From an uncultured Gammaproteobacteria bacterium (GTDB lineage: Bacteria > Patescibacteriota > Microgenomatia > CAZETR01 > Amesbacteraceae): a stretch of 64,000 bases of DNA. Every line of letters begins with the position of its first letter. The first letter of the stretch is position 1. A program made the translations under genes and the position numbers. The notes under the pieces are model-generated. The model was given only the letters and a program-made list of their open reading frames with translations. It searched no databases and was not told the DNA's origin. The stretch is from positions 267,046 to 331,045 of the forward strand of contig CAZFGX010000001.1 in assembly GCA_964518565.1 (NCBI GenBank). Direction: 5' to 3'. Below are positions 51,107-60,448 of the stretch, piece after piece.

Positions 51107-53085
51107 AAAATCAATCAAACATAGTTAGATCATTTGACAGCGATCTGTCAGAAACTAGCAATAATATAAATACAAATAATAGCCGTGCAATGGGTAAATT
51201 TTTATTAAAACTATCACTAATAACATTAAGTGTAATCGTAGTATTAGCTCTCATAGGTTATATGGTAGTAGTTCGTCCAGGCCGAGTTCTTATGGCCTCG
51301 GTAAGAGAATTGGAAGCTAATACTAAAGCAGTGGCGCCGTATGCTAAAACACAAGATCTTGGAGGAGTCAAAAACCAGTTAGAAAAGGTAAAGGGTTCAC
51401 TCACAAACGTCGAGACAAATCTGCATACCTTTAAGTGGTCGTCACACATTCCATTCGCAAAAAATTATTACAATGATGGCCAATCGGGTATTTCAGCTGG
51501 ATATGAATTAATAGCGGCAGCAGAGATTGGGATCGATGCCATTGCACCTTATGCCGATGTAATTGGCTTAAAGGGTTTGGCCACTTCAGGAGATGGAGGT
51601 AAGACAGCTCAGGATCGAATCACATTTATAGTAAATACCTTAGACAAAATTCATCCACAACTCGATAAAATTGGCGAAAAACTTAGCAATGCCCAAAAGT
51701 TTTTAGCCAATATTGATCCAAATAGATATCCTGAAGAAATAAAAGGTATAAAAATTAGATCACAACTTGCTAGTGGGCTTGAAACAATCGATCAAGCATC
51801 TACTGTCATAAATGATGCTAAACCAATTTTAGAATCAGCGCCATATCTGTTGGGTAACCAGTCACCAAGAAAATATTTGGTACTATTCCAAAACGATGCA
51901 GAAATAAGAGGCACCGGAGGCTTCCTAACAGGATATGCAATTATTAATGTAACCAACGGAAAAGTTCAATCACTAGAGTCAGATGACATTTACAAATTAG
52001 ACGAAAAATTTACGAAGCGAATACCAGCTCCTGAGCCTATACTCAAATATTTACCACTAGTCCCTTATTGGTATTTGCGAGATCAAAACCTGTCTCCTGA
52101 TTTCAAGTCGTCAATGGAAACATTTATGAGTAATTATAAATTGACAAAATCTCCTGAAGTAGACGGAGTCATTGCTGTAGATACACAGCTACTTGTAGAT
52201 TTATTAAAAGTAACAGGTCCAATTGGAGTCTCAGGACTTGGAACATTTACTGCAGACCAGGATCCAAGGTGTAATTGTCCTCAAGTGTTTTACGAGCTTC
52301 AAGTGCTGGCTGGCGGCGAAGAGCCTGTGGTGTGGGACTCAGTTTCTGGAAAAATCGTCAAGGCTCCTGCAAATTATGGAAATCGTAAAGCTTTTCTTGG
52401 ACCGCTGATGTATTCCGTCTTGGCAAACGTTATGGCGCAACCGAAAAGCAAGTTCCCTCTTTTGTTCAACACAGCTATGGCCAATATTCAAGGTAAGCAT
52501 ATCATGGCATATTTTAATGACCCAAAAGCACAAATGGCTGTAGAAAGCTTTAATATGGCGGGTCGAGTACGTGAATCCGACTCAGATTATTTGCTTATTG
52601 TCGATACGAATTTTGCAGGGGCAAAAACAAACATCTGGGTGAATTACAAAGTTGACCAAAAAGTTGATATTGACTCGAGTGGAAATATTACCAAAACAGT
52701 TACGCTTACCTATGCCAACCCTCAACAAACTGCGGTAAAAATTACTCAAGCAAGAAACCTAAATGGCGCATTTCGGGATTGGCTCAGAGTCTATGTACCC
52801 AAGGGAAGTCAGCTAATTGAAGCAAAAGGTTTCGAATCTGGACAAACAACTAGTGAAGATCTAGGTAAAACAGTATTTGATGGCTTTTTCACTTTAACTC
52901 CTGGTAACACTCGTCAAATTTCCTTCAAATATAAGCTCCCGACCAAAGCCCAAAATAACACATATAAAATACTCATACAAAAACAGGGCGGAATTAAAAC
53001 ATTTCCCTATACCATGACTATAAATGGAAAATCAAAACTTGAGACACTTGTAGATCAAGACAAAGAACTATCGTATCCATACTAA
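51103..53085 (+). CDS. DUF4012-domain membrane-anchored protein
   Basis: N-terminal TM plus helical stalk, YLVLFQNDAEIRGTGGF, NLSPDF, DGVIAVD, NFAGAK, LRVYVP. Confidence 0.85.
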   Translation: MKNQSNIVRSFDSDLSETSNNINTNNSRAMGKFLLKLSLITLSVIVVLALIGYMVVVRPGRVLMASVRELEANTKAVAPYAKTQDLGGVKNQLEKVKGSLTNVETNLHTFKWSSHIPFAKNYYNDGQSGISAGYELIAAAEIGIDAIAPYADVIGLKGLATSGDGGKTAQDRITFIVNTLDKIHPQLDKIGEKLSNAQKFLANIDPNRYPEEIKGIKIRSQLASGLETIDQASTVINDAKPILESAPYLLGNQSPRKYLVLFQNDAEIRGTGGFLTGYAIINVTNGKVQSLESDDIYKLDEKFTKRIPAPEPILKYLPLVPYWYLRDQNLSPDFKSSMETFMSNYKLTKSPEVDGVIAVDTQLLVDLLKVTGPIGVSGLGTFTADQDPRCNCPQVFYELQVLAGGEEPVVWDSVSGKIVKAPANYGNRKAFLGPLMYSVLANVMAQPKSKFPLLFNTAMANIQGKHIMAYFNDPKAQMAVESFNMAGRVRESDSDYLLIVDTNFAGAKTNIWVNYKVDQKVDIDSSGNITKTVTLTYANPQQTAVKITQARNLNGAFRDWLRVYVPKGSQLIEAKGFESGQTTSEDLGKTVFDGFFTLTPGNTRQISFKYKLPTKAQNNTYKILIQKQGGIKTFPYTMTINGKSKLETLVDQDKELSYPY

Positions 53086-53630
53086 TGCGCAGTTATTCCG
53101 ATGAGGGTATAGTAGTAAAACGGTCAGACTACTCCGAAACTGATAAGCTAATTACTATCTTCACTGCCAATAATGGAAAAGTTACATATTTAGCTAAGGG
53201 AATCAGAAAAGTAACTTCAAGAAGAAGCGGCAGTTTAGAACTTTTTAATTATATAAAATTTTCCGCGATAAAATCGTTAAATCATGTTGAAATAATTTCA
53301 GAAGTACAATTATTAAACTCTTTTAATAATTGGCGAAATCAACTTGGTCGAATTACACTAGCGTATCAAATAGCGGAGACTATCGATAAATTAACTCCCG
53401 ATAATGAGCCACACGATGATATATTTAGACTACTAAAACAAAATTTAACTGATATTGGCCGTTTGGGACATAATTGGCAAACAGAAACCGAAAAATGGCT
53501 AATTAACATAGTGAAAGTTCTTGGATATTGGTCAGAGGAAGATTTTAATGGCGATATATATAAATATATCGAAGAAATATCTGCCAAAAATTTGCACTCA
53601 GTTAAATTATTAAACAGATTACGTTCATGA
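53085..53630 (+). CDS. recO: DNA repair protein RecO (short form, no Zn finger)
   Basis: EGIV....DYSETDKLITIFT...GK....AKGIRK..SRR. Confidence 0.9.
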   Translation: MRSYSDEGIVVKRSDYSETDKLITIFTANNGKVTYLAKGIRKVTSRRSGSLELFNYIKFSAIKSLNHVEIISEVQLLNSFNNWRNQLGRITLAYQIAETIDKLTPDNEPHDDIFRLLKQNLTDIGRLGHNWQTETEKWLINIVKVLGYWSEEDFNGDIYKYIEEISAKNLHSVKLLNRLRS

Positions 53631-54439
53631 AAAATAATTTTATTAACCAAGCAAAAAACAAATATCAAATTGTTTGTTCAACTGATGTAGTAGGGTTTTT
53701 AGGAAATCCTATGAATGCATATAAATTTTGGCGCTCAATAATCCCTTCAGATATAACATTCGGCTTAGAGGTAATTAGTTTTTATCATCACGTTCCTCTG
53801 CTAACAAAAATCCCAAACATAATCGGCTACCACGTACGATGCGATAGTTCATATATTCCCCGAAATTTAGATATCCCTATGTGGATAGTAAATTATCTAA
53901 TGGCAACGCCGCAAGATATTTTGCGTTTGATAGATTCTAAAAAAGATTTTTATATTAATAGTCATAATTTATATGTCTCTCAAATGAAAAAAATAATTTT
54001 TCCCGAAAACATTTATATGTTTTGTGAAAATGATAATGAACCCAATTCATATAAACAATCACTGGAACTCGGTAGAGCATATGATGGAACAATTTTCGAT
54101 ATCGTACACTACTGTGTTGAAAAAAAAGGTAAAATTGGCTGGGAAGTAGCTATAGATGAAGCGATAGAGAAGATATATGAAATTGGTCAATGTTTAGTCC
54201 ATATTTCATGGGGTTGGAATAAAAAAGACGCTTTACCTGAAGATATAAGTGACGGAACTCTAAAAAAGATATCCAAGGCTATTGAGGATACGTCAAGTAT
54301 GCCGGTGTTGGAATTTCAGTGGGGTAATAAAGATGGTTCAATTGGTTGTGATCCGACAAAAGACCCTCAAAAAGTAAAAAACGCCCAAATGAAAATTCAA
54401 AAATTAATCGAAACCGAAATAATAAAAAAAACGGAGTAG
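53627..54439 (+). CDS. Hypothetical protein, possibly xylose-isomerase-like/AP-endonuclease-2 TIM barrel
   Basis: Ordered motifs FCEN, FDIVH, VHIS, VLE. Confidence 0.5.
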   Translation: MKNNFINQAKNKYQIVCSTDVVGFLGNPMNAYKFWRSIIPSDITFGLEVISFYHHVPLLTKIPNIIGYHVRCDSSYIPRNLDIPMWIVNYLMATPQDILRLIDSKKDFYINSHNLYVSQMKKIIFPENIYMFCENDNEPNSYKQSLELGRAYDGTIFDIVHYCVEKKGKIGWEVAIDEAIEKIYEIGQCLVHISWGWNKKDALPEDISDGTLKKISKAIEDTSSMPVLEFQWGNKDGSIGCDPTKDPQKVKNAQMKIQKLIETEIIKKTE

Positions 54440-54461
54440 AAATTTTTTATTTCTACTCCGT
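54424..54461 (-). terminator. Intrinsic terminator between convergent genes
   Basis: Perfect 13-bp inverted repeat ACGGAGTAGAAAT (54431-54443) / ATTTCTACTCCGT (54449-54461), 5-nt loop; adjacent A-run gives a U-tract on the minus strand. Confidence 0.8.
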
Positions 54462-54467
54462 ACTCAA

Positions 54468-54740
54468 TTAATCAGAAACAGTTAGTGTTCCAGATTCAAC
54501 ACATATGACTTTGGGATCTTGGTCCATTTCTACGAGTGCCTCATACGTACATATTGCAGTATAAATATCTCCTATCTGGCAATTAATTTTTACACCTTGA
54601 GGGGGTTCCCATTTATCAGTCGCTCTTATGAGAACTGAAAATCGAGGAAAATCTTGATTGCTTTCTTGAAGTTTAAGTATCTGGAAGATTAAGTATGCGT
54701 CAATTCTGCCGCTAACTGTAAAATCATATTTGTCGCTCAT
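54468..54740 (-). CDS. 90-aa protein resembling a subtilase (S8) propeptide domain
   Basis: SD AAGGAG 6 nt before ATG; own terminator; VLIR...GVKINCQIGDIYTA......L..M...PKVICVE pattern. Confidence 0.65.
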   Translation of the reverse strand: MSDKYDFTVSGRIDAYLIFQILKLQESNQDFPRFSVLIRATDKWEPPQGVKINCQIGDIYTAICTYEALVEMDQDPKVICVESGTLTVSD

Positions 54741-54856
54741 GTCGATCTCCTTCTGAATTAATTTTGTAAAGAACTAAATAGAGAGTAAAAATCAGCTTTT
54801 GATTTGGTCTCTAAGTTTATGTATTTTATCCCCATAGGCCAAACAGTCAATAAATT

Positions 54857-54871
54857 TGCTAAAATAGGCAT
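54857..54871 (+). promoter_or_regulatory. Extended -10 promoter for glyQS, probably leaderless
   Basis: TGCTAAAAT 54857-54865, 6 nt before ATG 54872. Confidence 0.55.
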
Positions 54872-56254
54872 ATGGACTTAATGGAAAAAGTTGTAAGTTT
54901 GGCCAAACGTCGAGGTTTTGTGTATCCAGGGTCCGAGATTTATGGTGGCTTAGCAAATACATACGACTACGGTCCACTAGGTGCTCAACTATTAAAAAAT
55001 ATCAAGGATTTATGGTGGAAAAAATTTGTGACCCAGAGAACTGACATTTACGGTCTTGATAGTAATATCCTCATGAGCCCTAAAGTTTGGGAAGCTTCTG
55101 GCCATACGGCAAACTTTACTGATACGCTTGTTGACTGTAAAAATTGCCAATTTAGAAAACGTGCAGATCATTTAATAGAAGAATTCTTTGAATCAAGGGG
55201 ACAAGAAAAAAAAGTTGAGGGGCTAACAGAGAAACAACAAGACGAAATAATTTCCTCTGAAAAAATCCCTTGTCCCAACTGTGGTAAACATAACTGGACT
55301 TCAGTGCGTAAATTCAATGTTTTATTTGAAACTCACTTAGGCATTGTTTCAGGGGAAAAATCCTTAGCATATCTAAGAGGTGAAATTGCTCAGGGCATGT
55401 TTGTAAATTTTAAAAACATTCTAGACTCTTTCTCACCAAAAATGCCTTTTGGAATAGCTCAGATGGGTTCAGCATTCAGAAATGAAATCACTCCAGGAAA
55501 ATTCATACATCGTACCCTATCCTTCAATTTATCAGAATTTGAATATTTTTTTGATCCAGAATTAGTTTCTTGGGAAGAGCTTTATAAATACTGGGAGACG
55601 CAGATGTGGGAATGGACAACTAAAGATCTGGGTTTGCCTGGAGAAAGTTTACGATGGCGTGAACATCCCGAACAAGAGCGCTCCCACTATTCTAAAATGA
55701 CTAAAGATATTGAATATAAATACCCTTGGGGATTTAAAGAATTATATGGTTTGGCTTATCGCACGGATTTTGATCTTAAAAATCATACCGACAAATCTGG
55801 TACAGACCTCAGCTATACCGATCCTCAGTCCGGTAAAAAATATATCCCACATGTGATCGAACCTACATTTGGCATGGACCGAACACTTTTATCTATTTTG
55901 CTATCGGGATACTCTGAAATCGAAGATCGAAAAGTTTTAAAAATTGTCCCCAAACTCGCTCCATATAAAGTTGCAATTTTTCCTCTCGTTAGAAATAAAG
56001 AACCTATCGTTCAAAAAGCTCAGGAGCTATATTTATATCTAAAAAAACAAGATATTCAATCAGTCTGGGATGACCGAGGAAACATTGGTAAAAGATATTA
56101 TGCGCAAGACGAAATAGGCACTCCTTGGTGTGTAACAATTGATTATCAGACACTAGAAGACGAAACTGTTACTGTTCGCGATAGAGACACGGCAAATCAA
56201 ATTCGTATTAGCACTGATCAACTTGACACATACTTTAAAGACCAATTAAAGTAA
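54872..56254 (+). CDS. glyQS: Glycine-tRNA ligase, dimeric (alpha2) type
   Basis: KRRGF.YPGSEIYGG, YDYGPLG, WEASGH, FRNEITP, HVIEP, GKRYYAQDEIGTP. Confidence 0.97.
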   Translation: MDLMEKVVSLAKRRGFVYPGSEIYGGLANTYDYGPLGAQLLKNIKDLWWKKFVTQRTDIYGLDSNILMSPKVWEASGHTANFTDTLVDCKNCQFRKRADHLIEEFFESRGQEKKVEGLTEKQQDEIISSEKIPCPNCGKHNWTSVRKFNVLFETHLGIVSGEKSLAYLRGEIAQGMFVNFKNILDSFSPKMPFGIAQMGSAFRNEITPGKFIHRTLSFNLSEFEYFFDPELVSWEELYKYWETQMWEWTTKDLGLPGESLRWREHPEQERSHYSKMTKDIEYKYPWGFKELYGLAYRTDFDLKNHTDKSGTDLSYTDPQSGKKYIPHVIEPTFGMDRTLLSILLSGYSEIEDRKVLKIVPKLAPYKVAIFPLVRNKEPIVQKAQELYLYLKKQDIQSVWDDRGNIGKRYYAQDEIGTPWCVTIDYQTLEDETVTVRDRDTANQIRISTDQLDTYFKDQLK

Positions 56255-56259
56255 TAAAT

Positions 56260-56766
56260 ATGAAATACGCCATAATTGTAGTAGTATTTCTCGCTGTATT
56301 GGGAGTGGGAGGGTTTATTTTTGCCAAAAATCAAATATCGTCTGCTACAAAAATTACACCTACACCCACCGAAACACCTCTACAAATGCTTTCAGAAAAT
56401 CAGTACCCCAAAGTTTCCTTGTCTTTCAAGCCTGATGGTCACTATGTAACCGTGATGATAAATAATCTACACGCCGAGTCTGTGGAATATGATTTAGTGT
56501 ACGATGCAAAAATAAAACGAAATGGGATAACTAGTCAAGTAAATACCGGAATTAATGCCTCAGAAAAAATAAGTGGAAAAAATTCATATAGCAAAGAACA
56601 GCTTCTAGGAAGTGAAAGTAGTGGCCACTTAACCTTTCATGAAAACATTCAAAACGCCTCACTCCATCTCACTCTTCGAGACGGCTCAAATAGATCAATC
56701 TACTCAACCACCTACCCATTCAGTATCTCACTAGGAAAGACTGTCGAGCTTCAATCCTCAAATTAA
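56260..56766 (+). CDS. Hypothetical membrane-anchored exported protein
   Basis: N-terminal TM, TPTPTETP linker, beta-rich domain with LGSESSG. Confidence 0.75.
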   Translation: MKYAIIVVVFLAVLGVGGFIFAKNQISSATKITPTPTETPLQMLSENQYPKVSLSFKPDGHYVTVMINNLHAESVEYDLVYDAKIKRNGITSQVNTGINASEKISGKNSYSKEQLLGSESSGHLTFHENIQNASLHLTLRDGSNRSIYSTTYPFSISLGKTVELQSSN

Positions 56767-56811
56767 TCTTCGTTAGTTATTCCCAGAAATCATCTTCGGC
56801 TTAAATTTGTC

Positions 56812-56840
56812 TTGACACGTCCGTGAAAATAGATCATAGT
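56812..56840 (+). promoter_or_regulatory. Sigma70-type promoter of the dcw operon
   Basis: TTGACA (56812-56817) N17 CATAGT (56835-56840). Confidence 0.65.
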
Positions 56841-56864
56841 GGTACACAGTGGTAAAAAGTGGTA
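56838..56864 (+). promoter_or_regulatory. MraZ operator: three AGTGGTA direct repeats at 10-bp period
   Basis: AGTGGTA at 56838, 56848 and 56858, directly upstream of mraZ; fits known GTGG-repeat MraZ boxes. Confidence 0.85.
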
Positions 56865-56874
56865 AATATAATAT

Positions 56875-57300
56875 ATGTTCATTGGTCAATATGATCATCA
56901 ACTCGAATCAAAAGGTAGAGTCTCAATACCAAAAAAATTTCGTTCTCAATTAGAATCCGGGGCAATATTAAGCCAAGGATTAGACGGATGTCTATTTTTA
57001 TATCCGAAGAATGTTTGGGAACAGCTCATTAATAAAGTGTCCCAGTTACCACTTACACGCTCTGATGCTCGCTCGTTTACTCGAGCACTTAGTTTCGGCG
57101 CAACTGAAGTGGATATAGACCAACTTGGTCGTATTTTGATACCTGAATATTTGAAAAATTTTGCAAATATCCAAACAGAATGCGTAATCGCTGGTGCAAT
57201 AGACCGAGTTGAAATTTGGGACAAACATAAGTTTATTAGCTACGAAAACTCACTTAATTCCAATCGTGAATCGATAGCTGAAAAACTTGATTTACCATAA
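56875..57300 (+). CDS. mraZ: Transcriptional regulator MraZ
   Basis: MFIGQY.H.L..KGRVSIPKKFR, GLDGCL, DQLGRILIP, RVEIW. Confidence 0.97.
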   Translation: MFIGQYDHQLESKGRVSIPKKFRSQLESGAILSQGLDGCLFLYPKNVWEQLINKVSQLPLTRSDARSFTRALSFGATEVDIDQLGRILIPEYLKNFANIQTECVIAGAIDRVEIWDKHKFISYENSLNSNRESIAEKLDLP

Positions 57301-58126
57301 TCCAGTACTTTTACAAGCAACAGTCAAACTTTTAGATGTCGAACCAGGCGGCAAATATATAGATGCTACGCTTGGTGGCGGCGGACATACTCAAGAAATT
57401 TTAAATAATGGCGGATATGTTTTAGGCCTTGATCAAGATCAGGATGCCATTGATTTTTGTTCCAAAAAGTTTAGTCAATCAATAATCGAAAACAAACTTC
57501 GGATCATAAAATCAAACTTTATCAATATAAAACAGATTACAAATGATACAGATTGGAAACCAATCAAAGGAATAATTTTTGATTTGGGAATCTCTAGTCA
57601 TCAGATTGACACTCCCATGCGCGGGTTCTCTTTTCAAAATAATGGCCCTCTTGATATGCGGATGGATAAACAAATAACAGTTTCAGCACGAGAAATAATC
57701 AATAATTGGCCAGAAAAAGCAATTTCACAAATCTTAAAAAATTTTGGTGAGTTGCAAAACGCAAACCAGTTAGCAAAAAAAATAATCTCTGCTAGACCTC
57801 TAGACACTACGCATCAATTGTCCCAAGTCGTTCAGTCGGATCAGCGTCAAGTGTTTCAGGCCTTGCGCATCGCAATAAATGATGAATTGAGTAGCCTGTC
57901 CATGGCACTTGACCAATCAATTATGCTCGTAGCAAGTGGAGGAAAAATTTGTGTTATTACTTTCCATTCACTAGAAGACCGAATTGTAAAAACTGTATTT
58001 CAAGCCTGGGAGGACCAGAAAATTGGTGTAGTTCTTACCAGGTCACCAATAACACCAGATGATTGGGAACAATCAGAAAACAGTCGATCTAAAAGTGCAA
58101 AGTTGCGTGTATTTAAAAAATTATGA
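57287..58126 (+). CDS. rsmH: 16S rRNA m4C1402 methyltransferase
   Basis: HNPVLL, DATLGGGGH, DLGISS, RGFSF, PLDMRM, FQALRI, FHSLEDR, SAKLR. Confidence 0.97.
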   Translation: MIYHNPVLLQATVKLLDVEPGGKYIDATLGGGGHTQEILNNGGYVLGLDQDQDAIDFCSKKFSQSIIENKLRIIKSNFINIKQITNDTDWKPIKGIIFDLGISSHQIDTPMRGFSFQNNGPLDMRMDKQITVSAREIINNWPEKAISQILKNFGELQNANQLAKKIISARPLDTTHQLSQVVQSDQRQVFQALRIAINDELSSLSMALDQSIMLVASGGKICVITFHSLEDRIVKTVFQAWEDQKIGVVLTRSPITPDDWEQSENSRSKSAKLRVFKKL

Positions 58127-58407
58127 AAAAAATTACCATCATCATTCTCACAATCAATGCATTATGTGTAATGGGGCAATTAATCCTATCAACATTCCGA
58201 TCAAGTGGGGGAGTAGAGTTAGCTACTTTACGTTCTCAAACAGAACGGCTAACAAGAGAAAATAGTCAATTACAATCAATTATTTCAGAAAAATCTTCGT
58301 TAGCAGCAATTCAAATTGCTGCATCAAATGCAGGATATAAACCAATAAAAACAATTTCCTTACCCCCTCTGACCGTGGCTCAAGTAAGTGAAATAAGCCA
58401 TCCATGA
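58123..58407 (+). CDS. ftsL: FtsL-like cell division protein
   Basis: TM plus coiled coil, located between rsmH and the PBP gene. Confidence 0.65.
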   Translation: MKKITIIILTINALCVMGQLILSTFRSSGGVELATLRSQTERLTRENSQLQSIISEKSSLAAIQIAASNAGYKPIKTISLPPLTVAQVSEISHP

Positions 58408-60068
58408 AATCTAGGATTCGAGTAATACAAATTATCTTTGGCATCTGGTCATTTGTGCTACTCAGTCGACTTTTCTACTGGCAAATCGTCCAATCAGCCT
58501 CGCTCCGTGAACAGGGTAGAATACAGATTGGCAGGAGTGAAATATTGAGTGCGAGTAGAGGACAAATACTTGCTCAAGATGGTTATCCATTGGCTACGAA
58601 TATAGAAAAATATCGGTTATTTATCAATCCAAAAATTTTACCTAAAGATTTATCAAAGTTAGAAAAAATCTTAGAAACTATACCAGCCTCTGAAAGTGCC
58701 AAAGAAAATTTATCAAAAGCGAGAAACTCCGATGCTTCATGGTTTAGTATCGTCTCCGGTCTGAGTATTTCCACAAAAGAAGCCATTGATAATCTTGAAA
58801 TCGCTGGCGCTGGATTTGACCCTCAACCCGAGCGGGTATATCCAGAAGGCACCCCTAGCGCATATTTAACTGGATTTATTGGTAAAGATAAAGATGGACA
58901 AGATGTAGGTTATTTTGGAATCGAAGGTTATTTTGATCGACAGCTAAAAGGTATACCAGGAAAAAGAACTAATCAAGCAGATGCAATGGGCTTACCCATT
59001 CTTTTGGGGGAAATATCCTACATACCTCCACAAAATGGCAAGAATATCCAAACATCGATTGATCGAGTAGTACAACATGTTGCATTTGAAAAGCTTCAAG
59101 AAGGTTTGACAAAGTACCAAGCAGAAAGTGGTACTGTAACCATTCTCGATTCAAGATCTGGCCAAGTTTTGGCGATGTCTAGTTTGCCAGGCTACGACCA
59201 AAAAAATTACAATCAAGTAGAGTCGAGTAAACTAAAAAATCCTATCGTCTCTGTGAGTTATGAACCAGGATCAACATTTAAAACAATTATTATGTCTTCG
59301 GGTTTAGATGCTCAAGCTGTCAATCCAAACAGTATTTGTACGGCTTGCTCAGGGCCGTTAAAAATTGGTGATTATTTCATAAGAAACTATGATGATAAAT
59401 ATACAACCAATACAAATATGTTCGATATAATTTTACATTCAGACAATGTGGGTATGGTATTTGTTGGCAAACAAATAGGGCAAAAAAGGATGATTGAATA
59501 TTTGAAAAAATTTGGATTTGGCAAACTCACTGGGATTGAATTACAAGAAGAATCAATTTCAGAATTAAGACCTGAAAATGATTGGCATGAAATTGATTAT
59601 GCCACTACATCATTTGGACAAGGTATCGCTGTGACACCGCTTCAATTAACAGCTGCAGTAAATGTAATTGCCAATAAAGGGATATATCAACCCCCCAGAA
59701 TTGTTTTAGATACCCCAGGAAAAAATTCGACTAGGATTATTTCAGAAGTCGCGGCTAAATATACAACAGATATGATGGTTAATGGTGTCAAAAATGGAGC
59801 AGTGAACATTCATAGGCCAAAAGGATTTTTAGTTGCAGGAAAAACTGGAACAGCCCAAGTACCGATCGAAGGCCATTATGATGCAAATAAAACAATTGCT
59901 TCATTTGTAGGTTTTGCTCCGGCAAACAATCCAAAGTTCACCATGTTAGTCACTATTTCAGATCCTAAATCCTCGCCATGGGGCAGTACAACAGCTGCTC
60001 CTGTATGGTTTGCTATAGCCAAAGAGTTGTTTAGATACTACAAAATTCCAGAACAAACAGGCCTGTAA
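58404..60068 (+). CDS. ftsI: Class B penicillin-binding protein (FtsI-like)
   Basis: RG.I..., R.YP, EPGSTFK (SxxK), SDN (SxN), KTGTAQ. Confidence 0.92.
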   Translation: MKSRIRVIQIIFGIWSFVLLSRLFYWQIVQSASLREQGRIQIGRSEILSASRGQILAQDGYPLATNIEKYRLFINPKILPKDLSKLEKILETIPASESAKENLSKARNSDASWFSIVSGLSISTKEAIDNLEIAGAGFDPQPERVYPEGTPSAYLTGFIGKDKDGQDVGYFGIEGYFDRQLKGIPGKRTNQADAMGLPILLGEISYIPPQNGKNIQTSIDRVVQHVAFEKLQEGLTKYQAESGTVTILDSRSGQVLAMSSLPGYDQKNYNQVESSKLKNPIVSVSYEPGSTFKTIIMSSGLDAQAVNPNSICTACSGPLKIGDYFIRNYDDKYTTNTNMFDIILHSDNVGMVFVGKQIGQKRMIEYLKKFGFGKLTGIELQEESISELRPENDWHEIDYATTSFGQGIAVTPLQLTAAVNVIANKGIYQPPRIVLDTPGKNSTRIISEVAAKYTTDMMVNGVKNGAVNIHRPKGFLVAGKTGTAQVPIEGHYDANKTIASFVGFAPANNPKFTMLVTISDPKSSPWGSTTAAPVWFAIAKELFRYYKIPEQTGL

Positions 60069-60081
60069 ATCATAAATTGTA

Positions 60082-60093
60082 TATAATGAATCT
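60082..60093 (+). promoter_or_regulatory. -10 box, probable leaderless start
   Basis: TATAAT 60082-60087, 6 nt before ATG 60094. Confidence 0.5.
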
Positions 60094-60447
60094 ATGAAAA
60101 AAATTCATACCATATCATTCAAACATGCATTTGAAGGGTTGTGGTATGCCTGTAAGTCTCAACCAAATTTTCGTATTCATATTGTACTATCATCTTTAGC
60201 GATTGTATTAGGAGTATTGCTTCATATAACACAAATTCAATGGACTATTCTAACTATGACTATCACGTTGGGTCTTGTAATTGAGACGATAAATACATCA
60301 ATTGAATCTGTAGTAGATTTAGTGACCCAAGAATGGCGTATAAACGCTAAAAGAGCGAAAGACACTGCCGCAGCAGCAATGTTAATCTATGCGATTGGAG
60401 CCATTGGGGTAGCTGGTTGGTTATTTTTACCCAAAATATTTTTTTGA
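60094..60447 (+). CDS. dgkA: Diacylglycerol/undecaprenol kinase (DgkA/UdpK family)
   Basis: SFKHAFEG, NFRIH, ETINTSIESVVD, AKRAKD.AAAA. Confidence 0.92.
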   Translation: MKKIHTISFKHAFEGLWYACKSQPNFRIHIVLSSLAIVLGVLLHITQIQWTILTMTITLGLVIETINTSIESVVDLVTQEWRINAKRAKDTAAAAMLIYAIGAIGVAGWLFLPKIFF

Positions 60448-60448
60448 T

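Noticed and set aside
54431-54461. AATTTCTACT resembles the Cas12a repeat handle
   Set aside because: No GTAGAT partner, no spacers, no array and no cas genes; explained by a terminator hairpin
54792-54977. 61-aa minus-strand ORF upstream of the propeptide-like gene
   Set aside because: It overlaps the glyQS 5' end antisense and shows no coding signals
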